DNA of 63,864 nt, counting the filler, from Perkinsus chesapeaki ATCC PRA-425 (Eukaryota; Protista; Perkinsozoa), in assembly GCA_013115145.1 (NCBI GenBank). It is 13 parts of 13 records of this genome, joined end to end, with 100 filler letters (N's around TTAATTAATTAA, not from the genome) between each part and the next. Parts side by side here need not be neighbours in the genome. Positions count along the whole stretch, not along the records: positions 25,296 to 50,126 come from JAAPAO010000537.1; 12 more parts are not named here. The stretch is one strand, 5' to 3'. Each line of letters begins with the position of its first letter. Within the stretch, counting starts at the first letter, position 1. A program made the translations under genes and the position numbers. Positions 34,801-47,232 of this stretch are shown here, one piece after another. The notes below the pieces were generated by a model, which did no database searches, had not been told where the DNA came from, and saw only the letters and a program-made list of their open reading frames with translations.

Positions 34801-35951
34801 GGAAACCTTAAAGCATCTCGCTAGTAGCGGTGATGCAGTGGGGCCGACGCTACTAGGAGAAACGGGTGTTCAGTGGTGCGGCGATTATGGTAGGTTTAGT
34901 CGCTTGGAGCTGGAAGGGCTATAGTTGTTTGGATAGAGATGACCGATATGGCTCTGAATGATAGCATGTGTGCGATTGAGAGTAGTTATGTTCCGGCGGT
35001 AACGTTGTGGAATTATGCTCCCGGGAATAATTTCAAAGAGAAAGTAAGTTGGGTGAAGGAGAATGTCTCGGGCTGAGAGCTGTGTGTTGTAAGGGTGTGT
35101 AGCTCAGTGGTAGAGCGGCTGACTGCAGATCAGCAGGTCCTCGGTTCAAATCCGGGCGCGCCCTTTCGCGAGATTTTTACGGATTTACAAAACATCGCGA
35201 AGCAGTATAGAGTATTTTAGGATGGATGGAATGATGAGAATCTTTCGATCTTCACCAGCGACCCCAACCCTCGACCGGATAGCAATGGAGGACCTCATTT
35301 ACGCATGCCATCGGCAGTCAGACCATATGCCTTCAAGTAGTAGAAAAGACTTGCTACCTTTTACTTGCACTTAAGTCGTTTTCCTCAGGCTAGCTGGTAA
35401 ACCAGTAAAAGTTCACTTTAATGGGCTCACTCCTGATAAGACATTCACACTTCGGTTTGAAGAGGATCCCGCCTGCAGTAAGAAATATTGTTCTTATCCA
35501 GCTTCACCAATATCATCAGAGAGCTGCGTGTCTGAGATATTTGTGCCACTGTGCATTCATTATCGTAATGGTATCGACGTTCAAGTAGGCAGCCCGTCTG
35601 CTGTAGTGTGGACGGCACGGTGGTCTTCAGGTTTCCGATGGCAGCTGGAAGCTCGACGAAGATGGCCAAACTTTGTTGTATAGGCACGATCCCGATGTAA
35701 GGGTATCTTTTAAGATACGTTGCGCACAGTCAAGATTCCTCGTGAGCGTGGAATTGTTTCTCAATAGCAAGAATTGGTAGTCGACGTCTCGACCGCTTTC
35801 CAATTCATAATTGTCTATAATTTGTCTAAGTGCTTCTTCTCGTCTTCAGTTCAAAGTTCATACGGTAGTCGTGCGGCAGCAGGCAGGGCTTACCTCAAGC
35901 ACTATCGCACCATTGTCGGGCGGCGCAGTGACTAATAACGGGCATAAGTAG
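31832..35951 (+). CDS. GH5 endoglycoceramidase-related glycosidase, copy 2
   Basis: FRDIEGRRVHLRGINVGG, TFVGRPFPLNEADVHLARLRAWG, IDPHQD, GFETLNEP, LGETGVQW, DGWNDENLS. Largely the same exon layout as copy 1; ends approximate. Confidence 0.85.
35093..35164 (+). tRNA. tRNA-Cys (GCA), intronic
   Basis: GGGTGTGTAGCTCAGTGGTAGAGCGGCTGACTGCAGATCAGCAGGTCCTCGGTTCAAATCCGGGCGCGCCCT, inside intron 35044-35220. Confidence 0.95.
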
Positions 35952-36749
35952 GCGATGCGCAATCATTGTCTACACAGAACGCTCGACATCATCATCATAA
36001 TCATCATCGCTGTCGCTTTCCTGCCTACTTCATACTTAATATGGACGGGACAACGCAGCTTAGCATATCTGCAACCACCGTCTGCAACGACAAGCTACTT
36101 GTACTGCAAAGCCTTTGAGGGATTTTGTTCACTGAGTTTTTTCTCCTGTGATAGTTGGGCTTTCGCGTTGATGTAAGAATACGGGCTGGGACTTGCTTGG
36201 CGTCAGTTTGTCTGCACTGCTGTCCATTTCCCAAGCTGCGATCTCTCGCTATCAATGGGCACACAGATCCGGACAACATTAGATCCGAAATTCCAGCACG
36301 AGCTTGACCAGTCTCCTCTTGCACCCGATGACATCAGTCGGGCGGTGGCGATGTTCGTCGAGGAACGGGTAGTAGCTATTCATTGGCATTTGGGGATCTA
36401 TACCCAACAACTATAATACATATCCTTTTGTATCTATGATGTTCTTCCTTCGAGAGGGACACTTTTGGGGTTCAATTTTCGGGCACTCGTACAGCGCGAT
36501 GCACAGTAATAATACGCCGTTTAATTAGCGTGCATTCGTTGCTCGTGAAATCCGTAATTTCGTTATCAAGGATGAATTGAAATTATCGACATCATCGGTA
36601 TTATGATAACGGTCCATGATGATATTCAATTGGGTTGGCGAGAAGTTTGAATTTGAAAATTCCCCAAAAAATGGTTTCAATGAGAAAGGTCAGGTTTTGC
36701 CAATTGTAAAACTTGTTCGCCAACCCAATCGAATATCATCATTGGCCGT

Positions 36750-39700
36750 ATACCGTTAGACACTCTCGAGGGCTTTCGGACGTCGTACTTGTCGTCGGAA
36801 TATCCGCCCTACTGATGAAGTTATTCAAAAAAGCACTTTTATAGGGGGGCACACCCTGCAGTATACGGTAGATACGACGCAAGAGACACCGAACGCCGCA
36901 TTGGTTTCGTGAAGTGTTGGCTGCTACTGGGAGAAACTGCATTCTCAGGTATTCACACTACAGCAGCTTGGTCAGCTACCTGAAAAGGAGTTTGAGGGAT
37001 TGATGAACGAGCAGCAGCCGAGGCTCCAGCGAGGCATCAAGGTGGTTCTGAAGGACCTGTGGTCGACCTGGCACAAATGGGTAGGAGAGCGTGGGAGCTG
37101 ATGGTAGGGGAATTGTGTGGCAGGCGGAGCAAAAGAAGAAGGAGGAAGAACTAGCACAGAAGGAACGGATTAGAGAGGTGAGGTGGGCGGCGAAGGGGGC
37201 TGGGGATGAGCTGGTGGTTTAGGAGGAGAAGCTGAAACGAATTAAAGAGAAGGAGGAAATGAAGGTGAGCTGGAAGTGATGGTGGGAGGGAAGGCTGACT
37301 TAGTTGCAAGCAGCAGACTTGAAAAGAAGGATGCAGGAGGAGGCACGACAGCAGAAATTACTGGTGAGGGATGGGGGAGGTGTAGAGGAGAGTTAGTGGG
37401 TGGTGGTTTAAGGAACGGGAAAAGGTGAAGGAGCAAGAAAGGATCGCTAGGGAGAAGCTGAAGGAGGAGGAGAAGCTGGCTAGACAGGCAGCTAAGGAGA
37501 AGGCAAAGGAAGAGGAAAGGCTGAGGAAGGAGGTATGGTGGGAGGGAATAGGAGTTGGGGCAGGTGGTGGCGGTGGTGGTGTTAGGAGGAGAGGAAGCAA
37601 CGGAAAGAGAGAGGGTCATCAGCTAAGGTGAGAACAGTAGATTTACATACCTCAGTACTTTCCTATATCATCTTGGTGTCACCTCGTAGCATTGATCTCG
37701 TAAAATCAAAATCGGTGAGACTCTCACTGAGAGTTGACACCTGTTATGTAGCATTTCGATGTCACCTTATATTTTCCATCTACCGAAGAGGTGCCAGAAC
37801 CAATAGTCTGCCTGAACGATTGCCTCTTTTTATTCAGAGTGTTGGTAAGAAGTCCTCCGTAGCATCAGGGCGGAGACAGAGCTCAGTAGGTGTCGCCACC
37901 CAATCCTCTAGTGGTCAACTCTCATTGTAGATATCATCCTTTTTAATAACACCGAATGCTGCGAATGTATCGCCAGGCAAGGCACCGAGGCCGAGCCTGG
38001 ATAAAGGTGAGCATCAACGACCGTCCTTGGGGCTGCGGATATATAGGCGACTATGCTATCAATGCCTGGGTAGCTGAGGACGGCTGTCCATGGTGCCAAG
38101 AGGGGGCCTCGGAAGCTAGGCCTCGGACTTTGAACACGCGTAGCGGCAGTAGCCTCTAGAGAGTGTTCTGCTTCGTTACGCATTACTGTATGTGGAATTA
38201 GTGCGACCGTGCTCAGTGGTGGGAAGTGTGTATTAGCTCTTGAGCTCAGTTGAGGAGATCGTGGGGTCTGCTGAACCTTCCCTGGATAGCTGGCGGAGCT
38301 ATTGGAGGAAAGAGAGGATAAAATTCACTAGGGAAGAGTGGAGGGAATGGGGTAGGTCTCGAGGTATTCGCCGTCCATCGGAACTGGATGCCAGATCGTC
38401 GACGGTTCATTTCTAAGAAGAGTGGCGATGATGGGGCGAGTGGCAGCCAATCGGCTGGAGAGAGCCAGCAGGAGGGCCATGTTGTTCCTCCAGCCGAGCT
38501 GGACACTAAAGGCGCTACTACCGCTGTTTATGCATTTGGTGAGCTCCCGGGAATCTTTCGCGGTTCGGCTAAGTTTGGTATCTTTTTTAACATGGCACTT
38601 GGCCTACTGAGATGATTTGAGATTTCCTGTAGTGCTGAGCTCTATCTCTCGCCGTGCAGCCTGGAGCCAGCTCTATTCCACAGGTGCTGCTAAACCAGCG
38701 GACTCGAGAGAGAGGTATACCGGTCGCAGGAAGCCCCGATGCGTTCTGGTCGATCTGGACGACCGTGATCGGCCGCCTGTGCAGCTGGTGAGCTGGAAGA
38801 ATATCCTAGTGTTAATGCAGTGGTCCACAGATTGTTACGTGTGATTCCAAGGCGATATCGGGGCGTAATCCCTTTGGAAAGGACCCGGGCCTTGACTACG
38901 AGGTTGACAGGTGGGCGAGCGCGGTACGGTATCCTTGGTGAGGGGTGATCCTGTAGTGATGCCGAGTGGGAGGAACAAGATGAAGGAGAAGAGATAGGCG
39001 ACGATGACGAAGATAGTGATGATGATGACACTGTGAGCGAGGCAGATGTAAGGATGAAACTGATCTGGGGCGCGCGGTCATTGACAGTGTTGCTAGTCGG
39101 GTGTGGTATCGGATGGAAAGCTAAGTGCGGATGAGATGTCGGAGGATGAGGAGTGTGCGGCGGCGGAGAGGGAACTTATTAAGAAGAAGACCAGGAAGGT
39201 AGGCTGCCTAGAAGCGTTCCCGGCAGCAGCTCGAGGGTGTTTTGGAATCTCCACCATTTTAACTATTGAGAGTGGTTGTCGGCCAACTCGTTGGAAAGCT
39301 CTCGGCGGTACGATGTAATCTGTATCTCCTCTCAGCGCCGGTCAGCGACCGTTCTCGCCACTTCTTGGATATCACTAGAGGAGATCGACGCTGAAGTCTG
39401 GCCATCGCCACCTGCCCATCCTGGCACTCAAGAAGCATTCAAGGCTGCCCTGCGTGAAACAGTGCTCAACGACTTCACGGTGGACACATTGGACCAAAGT
39501 AGGTCAGCTTGTAGGGCATCGCCAAGTCGAGCTGCGCTTAATAGACCTTTTGGATGCTCCCGGGGAGGATGATCCGAAGCCGGTAGTGCAACCGGCTGTA
39601 CAGGCGGGAGGGGCCTCTGGAGCGGAGGGGCCCATGAAATCGCCGTCTGGCAGCGACGCTGGGCAGCCGAGCGATTCTGATGCGTAGGAATCTTAGTATC

Positions 39701-40834
39701 ATTTGTGACATGGTGTCCTTTAGTAACGGTGGAGGTAAATCTCAACAGCAACGAAGGAAGGTGAGAGGCATGTGTGGTGTTGGGAGCTACCCGGGGTCAG
39801 ATTTGGAACGACGTGAAGCTGCGACGGAAGCTCGCTAAATTCGTGCATGCTAATTCTATTGGACTGGATAAGCTGCGGCAAGGCTTTGAGGAGAAGTAAG
39901 CCCGCTGATGTCGGCAGCGTGGCATTGTGCTCCATTAAGACACTCCGAGTGCGCGGGCTGCGGTACAGCTGCGCAGATCAAGCGCATCGCCAAGTATGAG
40001 CGACGGGGGGCTAATTCGTGCATGGCCTGGTGGGTGACACCAGAGGCAATCAAAGAAGTGAGGGGCTACCTTTGGGCGGTGCTGTTGGATGGCACCTTTG
40101 GTAGCTGAAGCTGCAACCGAAGACTATGGAGAACTTGGCGGAGAAACGGAGTTGGTCGCTACACCGGGTGAGACGGTCTTTGGGTTGTGCTGGAGGATTC
40201 CCTATTAGAGCGCCCCAGTACAGTCTCGAAAGCGGCGCAAGCCGGGGCCGACGCCGCCGACTAATCGGGAGACTGCGAATTCGGGAGGAGGAGAGTCGGG
40301 TGACGGCGGCAGTGACAGTGCTGGTGGGGAGGAGACTGATGTGACCAAGCAAGGTGAGTGGCGGTGATCGTCGAGGAACATTGGGTGGCTCAAGCCGGAT
40401 CAAGGCACCCAAGTTTTAAATACTCTTCTGAGTTTTACATGGCGAGGTATGATAGATGCTATTATAGTGTCTTGCCATGACTTGTCTGAGACCGGATGGA
40501 TCCTCAAGCGTCTACGGGTCGTTTCTGTGCGTTGAATTAGTTCCACTTGATGGTTGTTGGATTGCTTATCAGATGCCAAACGTATCCGACGGATAACTGA
40601 TTACTTCCCAACCAAAGCTAGCTCGGCCTCTCCTACCGATGAGCCAAAAACTGCAACGTCCCCATCACCTCAGGTTAGTCCCATATCATTTCTTTTGGTA
40701 ATGCCAGTCTTCAGGAGACCATATCTTCGACCGACAACGAAGTCAAAGAGGAGACCGCGCTGCCCCAAGCAGCGAAGGTTTCCCCCTGTGACGTAATCGG
40801 CGGCCTCACTGTGGTGTCTTCCAACTCTAATTGA
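36750..40834 (+). CDS. CHAF1A: Chromatin assembly factor 1 subunit A (p150/Cac1), multi-exon
   Basis: K/E/R coiled coil, DRPPVQLVSWK, GRNPFGKDPGLDYE, SDAEWEEQDEGEEIGDDD, DGKLSADE, winged-helix-like QIKRIAKYE...WWVTPEA. Start approximate. Confidence 0.8.
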
Positions 40835-41103
40835 CTGGCCCACCATCCAAGGCGGTGCCGTTGCTATATTGAGCGGTTATTGCTTACTGTACGTTTATGC
40901 TATTGCTGCTTGCTCTCCCGTGCTATAACTACTCTGTCCATTTCTTAACGTAGTACAATAGGCAATGCTGCTGCTCTATAAGCACTGTCCAATGCATAGT
41001 AAACATTTCGTTAGTGATATAGTCTTTGGTTCGAGAGGGCCCTTCGACTAGAGTTGCTTGCCAGCTTCCTGCGTTGCTCCTCTATGGAGGTGAATCGATG
41101 GGC

Positions 41104-41600
41104 ATGGCTCGGCGAGGAGCTGACGAATCAAGTTCGTTTCCTTTGTCCATATAGTGAGTGCTGCCCTTCACTATTTGTGTGGATGCCCGAAAGTGTTGCT
41201 TGAATGTCACCGATTATAGGTACAGATGAGGATATCACTGCAGCGCTTAAGAAGTGCGGTGGTGATCCTAACCAAGCTAGTAAGGAGTTGGCTACTTTGC
41301 AGGCTAATAAGAAATATCCTGCCTTTGGACAAACGTGAGTGTCTCTCGTTTTTTGTCGTTTCCTGTTCCCCTTTTTATTCACCATCAGCTTCATTGTGTT
41401 CAACTTCTGTGTTACGAAGCTAGCAGCCCTCCGGGTCTTCCTTAGAAGTAACCTATAATGTCTTCATTGTTAGGTTCATGCGAGCCCCTCCCAATACCAG
41501 CAGAGCTGAGGTGAGCTCGCTATGTGGTCGCCCCAATCGTGATTGGTTTGTTGTTAGAATGGAGCCGCTCAGCCGGGTTACAGAGCAGTCCACATCGTAT
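41104..41600 (+). CDS. Small spliced protein with a UBA-like helix
   Basis: Exon TDEDITAALKKCGGDPNQASKEL followed by GT-AG introns. Confidence 0.35.
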
Positions 41601-44595
41601 GTGGTAACTGTACCTATGTCTCCACGATAGGAATATCAGCTAGATGTAAGTACACGATTATTCATTCGTTTACTTAATGCTTTGCTTCCGCGCTGACTTG
41701 GTTGAAGGAGGCGTTTAATCTTGGACGTTTGATCGCCTCCCGAGGCGCCAGGTTCCTGTTGCTTTGTACTGCGCCTCTTTCAGCTTCCCTTTGACTGTTA
41801 TTTCAAACTAATTTCATCCTTTCCCCCCCATTTAGCTGATAGGCAGGCCACGGGCCGCACCTACTGTCCCTACTGCAAGACTCTGCAAGAATATACTGTT
41901 CCTGCTATCCGTTAAACAGGGAAAATCGTCAAAGCTGGATGAAAGGCTTTCGCCTATTAACTATTCGCCAAATGATGGCATGCAAATATTACTACGTGGA
42001 GTGAGCAGTATACCTGTCGAGTTCGTAATCAATGCAGATTCTCCATTACGCGTTGTCGCTAGTTATCCCTTTGTCAAAGCCTATCTTTAAGGGAACCGTT
42101 ACCCTTCTAATGGTTTTGTTATTCAAAATATAAAGAATGTTACGTAAAATATTTTCCTATTTACGGGATCGTTCTTTCACTTGTTAAGGAATCAACTGCT
42201 TACTTCATCCACGACGCACTTTCAGTTATTAGCGGAATCTTCCTTTACTTATTAAATGACTTTCATCGATCCCGAGAAGGTATGTGAAGGTGCTCAACAG
42301 TACCTACGAACCGCGGATCGTCTGCCACAGTTTCAAGATCCCGCGGCCAATGGGACGCTGGTAGCAATGAACAGCTGTGAAGTGTCTCGGTAGTGGTGTT
42401 GGCAGGTTGAAACTCCCTATGGAGTTGGCGTTATGTGTGGTGTGGACTCGCAAGGGCGGGCTTCAGTGCAGCTCGGCTCGATGCGGCTGTGCATAAATCA
42501 GGCCCAGGTCAGATTTCTGCCAGAGAAGATGCCTTTAGGAGGCTCTGGAAGAGACAACGCTGACCAAGTGGCATTCAAGCGAGACCGACCATTCAGCGAG
42601 GAAGCAACTGGCTTCTGCGAGAGCGGCAGAAAATGCAAACGGCCTCTGGCCTAGAATTAGCAGGTCCTTCTAATCCCGGTGTTATCTGGCCGGCGAGGGC
42701 CGAATACTGCTTTATTTCCGGAGTGAAAGAGCTTTGTTATCAGAGAATAATTGCCTCCCCCACCATTGTTGTATAACTACACTACTGCGTGGCCGCTGGT
42801 GGCCATGAGGGGGAGTATTGCTCAGAACACTGGGATTTGTCCATCCGTGATTTGTAGAGTTCGCTAGTAAATCAGGGGGAACTGTGGTCCTGTGAATTGC
42901 TGTTGGTTGTAGGAAAGTGAGGAGCTGATTGCAACCGTTGTCATCGGTGATTAGTGGTAACGAACTTCGGGGGTTCCTCCGAACCTTTCTGTTCTTATGG
43001 TGGTGCGGATTCATTCCGCTTTTCTAGTCATGGCTGCTGGCATTGTCGTGTGCATGACAAAGGCTCTATTGCCTGATCCTTGGGAGTCACCAACGTGACC
43101 AGAGACATGAGATTCTGAGATTTGTTTTTTTCAGTTGCCTCGAGAGAAGCTAAGGGTGAGCCACACTCGGCGAAGCGTGCGGGGCCGAGGCAACACTTGA
43201 GAGAAGTCTCTGTCTAGGCCAAAGGAACAACTCTCCCCTGGTAAAAATTGTTGTGACAGTTCTAGCAAGCAGTAGCTTGCATATGAGTTGTCACACTCAT
43301 AAGAACAGATACATACACTTGATACATACACTGTGTGCGATGCGGCCGATAAGTGGTAGAAATTGATGTCACCCGCCCAGAAGTGCCTCCCGCAGCGAAA
43401 TAACACAAAGACGCTGTCCCTGCTGAGTATTTCCGCCACGACGGTTGCGGGTCATTTTGGCAAGAGTTATTACCGAGTACATCGCTCACTTGCACAATTC
43501 TATAGCGTGGGAGAAACCAGTATTGTGAAGTCAGAGGATCTTTTGGAGGTTTGGAGCTTCTATGGAAGCCCTGCGAGCGTTGCACCGGTTCTCCCTAGAT
43601 TTAGCGGTTGATCTACTGACATGCTTACAGATACTTTTTGGTATCACCTTCCAACGTAGAGATTGGCCGCCCGACTGACACATTCTCGAGATCACCGCCA
43701 TCCCTGGGAGAACTCGTCGGACCCACTGGTCTTCTGCAGCAGAAGTAAAGCGTAAAGCAGAAGTTCTGCTTTACGCCCCTCTGTAGACGAAGATATCCCT
43801 TTTCCGCCCTGATGTGGTTTATCTCGTCAAATATCTGCGTTTTGGTAAGCACCAGATAAAATAACAGTACCGCTCCGTTAAACGCGTGCAATTGATTTGT
43901 CAGTTGCCCGACATCGAGCGCCCTAAAAATTGCGATAAGATCCGCTAGAATCTTACGACGGGAATTGGAGTAGTTTTCAACTAGCAAAAAGCGCATCTCC
44001 GGCGCTAGGGCGGCAGCAAGCTAATGCCCTTGGTGATCTGGAAGAAACGTGGTTTAAATGCCAGCGGAGCGAAGCGCGCCATGTTCAAATGTTTTTTTCA
44101 TCTCTGGCTCTTATTATGGTAAACAAATACTACCGTTTTTCCACAGAATTGTTGTTATTGGCTTTCACCCGATTGCAGTTGTTGCATCAGGCCTATCCGT
44201 CTGATAGCCTGCTTGAGAGTGCATAGTGGAGGAAATGAGCAAAAATTGTGCTAATTGGGACAAATTCGTGTCACGCTAAAACAGAACCCTTCCCAGGATT
44301 CGACTTGTGCGCTTCCGTGTCTCGAGGACTTTAATGTTGGCAGCAACGAATGAAGGGAACTCACAATTTTAGCGCAGTTCGGATTGATATGTGCTATTCG
44401 GACAACCATAGATATTTCTACGAGATGGGGGCTTGCGCTAGCTGTAACTTTCTAGGCCTAGCGCTCAGCGGTATGATTCGCGCGGACTTGACGGACAGAT
44501 ACTGAGGGAGACTCGGGGCTGGCTCTCATCTGCTGGACTTCTCTATGTTATGGTCATAATTCAATTCGCCGCAGTTCCTCAGTGTATTTGCTCCT

Positions 44596-45756
44596 ATGTT
44601 CGGCCGCCTCTGCGCTCTCGCAATCGTTACTGTTCCTTGTGTGTCGGCATGGGGTGTCGATGGACATTCTACCGTTGCTGAAGTCGGTGACAATCGTCTA
44701 TCTGTTAATGCTAGACAAGCTGTGAATGCTATCATGGGTGATGGTGTTCGTCTCGGAGAGTTCTCCAGTTGGCCCGATTTCATCGTGCACGGTACTCCTG
44801 AAGAGAAAGAGGAATGGGGATGGTCCAGCGGACTTCACTACGCGGACTCTCAGAACTGCACCTTTGTGTATGACAGAGACTGCAAGAACGACTGGTGTGT
44901 CGCCGGTGCTATCAAGAACTACACTAGGAGAGTTGCCGATGAGTCTCTGTCCCGTTATGAGCGTCAAGTCGCTATGAAGTTCCTGGTCCATTTCATGGGT
45001 GATATCCATCAGCCCCTTCATGCTGGCAGCTCTGAGAATCTTGGTGGCAATCTCATCAAGGTTACAGTTGACTTCGCTAATAACAAGAGCACTAACCTCC
45101 ACTCCACTTGGGATTTCAGCCTTCTTGACGAGTGGGAGCTCGAGCGTTATCCTGGTCAATATGTCTTCCAGGATGATCCGGCTGATCACCCAGGTGAAGA
45201 TGATGAGATCCAGAGAATTGACCGTACTCGCTTCTGGACCAATATCGTTGATTCTATCGGAGTTGATCTGATGGTTGGTGGCAAATATGCTGACCGTGTC
45301 GATGACTGGCTGAGGGACTGTGAGACTAACGGTATTGACGAGTGTGTGAATACCATGCTAGAGGACGATGTCCAGCTCGCCTGCAGTATGGCTTATACCA
45401 ACGTCGACGGTACTCCAGTCAAGAGCGGCGACGTCCTTTCTCGCGAGTACTATGAGACTCGCATTGAGACTGTCAGGGAGCAACTGGCTAAGGGTGGTGT
45501 GCGTTTCGCTTGGTTGCTTAATAATATCTTCGAGGATGGCACCACTGTTATTGATGATGCTACTACAACCAGTGCACCTGTCGCCACCACTACTGCCGCT
45601 CCTACTCATATGACCTGCGAGGAGGCTGATAATAACTGTTCTAAGTCTTACCCTGGATCATATTGCAAGTATTGGTTATCGGTTCCTGTCTGCTCTGGCA
45701 GTGACGAGCCTTGCTCATGTTCCAGTCAATCTTCTACAACAGCCGTTGATTTCTAG
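44596..45756 (+). CDS. Secreted S1/P1 nuclease, copy 1 (intronless)
   Basis: Signal peptide, WGVDGH, SSWPD, LHYAD, FLVHFMGDIHQPLH, NLHSTWD, Thr-rich linker and a Cys-rich tail. Confidence 0.95.
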   Translation: MFGRLCALAIVTVPCVSAWGVDGHSTVAEVGDNRLSVNARQAVNAIMGDGVRLGEFSSWPDFIVHGTPEEKEEWGWSSGLHYADSQNCTFVYDRDCKNDWCVAGAIKNYTRRVADESLSRYERQVAMKFLVHFMGDIHQPLHAGSSENLGGNLIKVTVDFANNKSTNLHSTWDFSLLDEWELERYPGQYVFQDDPADHPGEDDEIQRIDRTRFWTNIVDSIGVDLMVGGKYADRVDDWLRDCETNGIDECVNTMLEDDVQLACSMAYTNVDGTPVKSGDVLSREYYETRIETVREQLAKGGVRFAWLLNNIFEDGTTVIDDATTTSAPVATTTAAPTHMTCEEADNNCSKSYPGSYCKYWLSVPVCSGSDEPCSCSSQSSTTAVDF

Positions 45757-46104
45757 GCTTCTTAGCTACTAGTGAACGGCCGCTTGTTCCCGATGTGTTT
45801 CTATACGTTTTAGTGATGCCAAGTAAATGGCAAGCACGGCCCTTCTTGGAGTCTTTGCTCTCACTTCGTGTGTGTCTGTTGTGTACCTATATAGCATCAT
45901 GTCTCTGCTATCCTATTCATCTCGTTACATTACTTTATGTTGATGCGGAGGCCCTGGAAGCCCAGCATTGCTGCAATAGATCATAATCTACTCGCGGTTT
46001 CCAGCCCGAATAAGCGTCACTAATTCCGTAGTTGTGTTGTCTTCAGAGAGACCGAATGAGGTTTTGTCAAGGGGATTCCGGTGTGGTTCAGTTTCCTTTA
46101 CTCC

Positions 46105-47232
46105 ATGTTTGGACGCCTCTGCGCTCTCGCAATCGTTACTGTTCCTTGTGTGTCGGCATGGGGTGTCGATGGACATTCTACCGTTGCTGAAGTCGGTGAC
46201 AATCGTCTATCTGTTAATGCTAGACAAGCTGTGAATGCTATCATGGGTGATGGTGTTCGTCTCGGAGAGTTCTCCAGTTGGCCCGATTTCATCGTGCACG
46301 GTACTCCTGAAGAGAAAGAGGAATGGGGATGGTCCTCCGACCTCCATTATGCCGACACTATCAACTGCACCTTTGTGTATGATAGAGATTGCAAGAACGA
46401 CTGGTGTGTCGCCGGTGCTATCAAGAACTACACTAGGAGAGTTGCCGATGAGTCTCTGTCCCGTTATGAGCGTCAGGTCGCTATGAAGTTCCTGGTCCAT
46501 TTCATGGGTGATATCCATCAGCCTCTCCATGCCGGCCGTATCGATGATTATGCCGGTAACCTCATTTCCGTCACGGTCGACTTCGCTAATAACAAGAGCA
46601 CTAACCTCCACTCCACTTGGGATTTCAGCCTTCTTGACGAGTGGGAGCTCGAGCGTTATCCTGGTCAATATGTCTTCCAGGATGATCCGGCTGATCACCC
46701 AGGTGAAGATGATGAGATCCAGAGAATTGACCGTACTCGCTTCTGGACCAATATCGTTGATTCTATCGGAGTTGATCTGATGGTTGGTGGCAAATACGCT
46801 GACCGTGTTGATGACTGGCTGAGGGACTGCGAGACCAACGGTATTGACGAATGCGTCAACACGATGTTGGAGGATGACGCTCAGCTCGCCTGCGATATGG
46901 CTTATACCAACGTCGACGGTACTCCAGTCAAGAGCGGCGACGTCCTTTCTCGCGAGTACTATGAGACTCGCATTGAGACTATCAAAGAGCAATTGGCTAA
47001 GGGTGGTGTGCGTTTCGCTTGGTTGCTTAATAATATCTTCGAGGATGGCACCACTGTTATTGATGATGCTACTACAACCAGTGCACCTGTCGCCACCACT
47101 ACTGCCGCTCCTACTCATATGACCTGCGAGGAGGCTGATAATAACTGTTCTAAGTCTTACCCTGGATCATATTGCAAGTATTGGTTGGCGGTTCCTGTCT
47201 GCTCTGGCAGTGACGAGCCTTGCTCATGCTGA
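46105..47232 (+). CDS. Secreted S1/P1 nuclease, copy 2 (tandem, offset 1509 bp)
   Basis: Same motifs; long stretches are identical to copy 1. Confidence 0.95.
   Translation: MFGRLCALAIVTVPCVSAWGVDGHSTVAEVGDNRLSVNARQAVNAIMGDGVRLGEFSSWPDFIVHGTPEEKEEWGWSSDLHYADTINCTFVYDRDCKNDWCVAGAIKNYTRRVADESLSRYERQVAMKFLVHFMGDIHQPLHAGRIDDYAGNLISVTVDFANNKSTNLHSTWDFSLLDEWELERYPGQYVFQDDPADHPGEDDEIQRIDRTRFWTNIVDSIGVDLMVGGKYADRVDDWLRDCETNGIDECVNTMLEDDAQLACDMAYTNVDGTPVKSGDVLSREYYETRIETIKEQLAKGGVRFAWLLNNIFEDGTTVIDDATTTSAPVATTTAAPTHMTCEEADNNCSKSYPGSYCKYWLAVPVCSGSDEPCSC

Noticed and set aside
42250-44000. Several short ORFs (also in 15000-16300, 24042-25195, 52400-53100, 60780-62550)
   Set aside because: Probably contain exons of hypothetical genes, but no motif or consistent splice path could be supported.
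46207-47118. 303-aa minus-strand ORF (also 44698-45189, 18535-18969, 2605-3042)
   Set aside because: Antisense shadows of well-supported genes, caused by codon bias.
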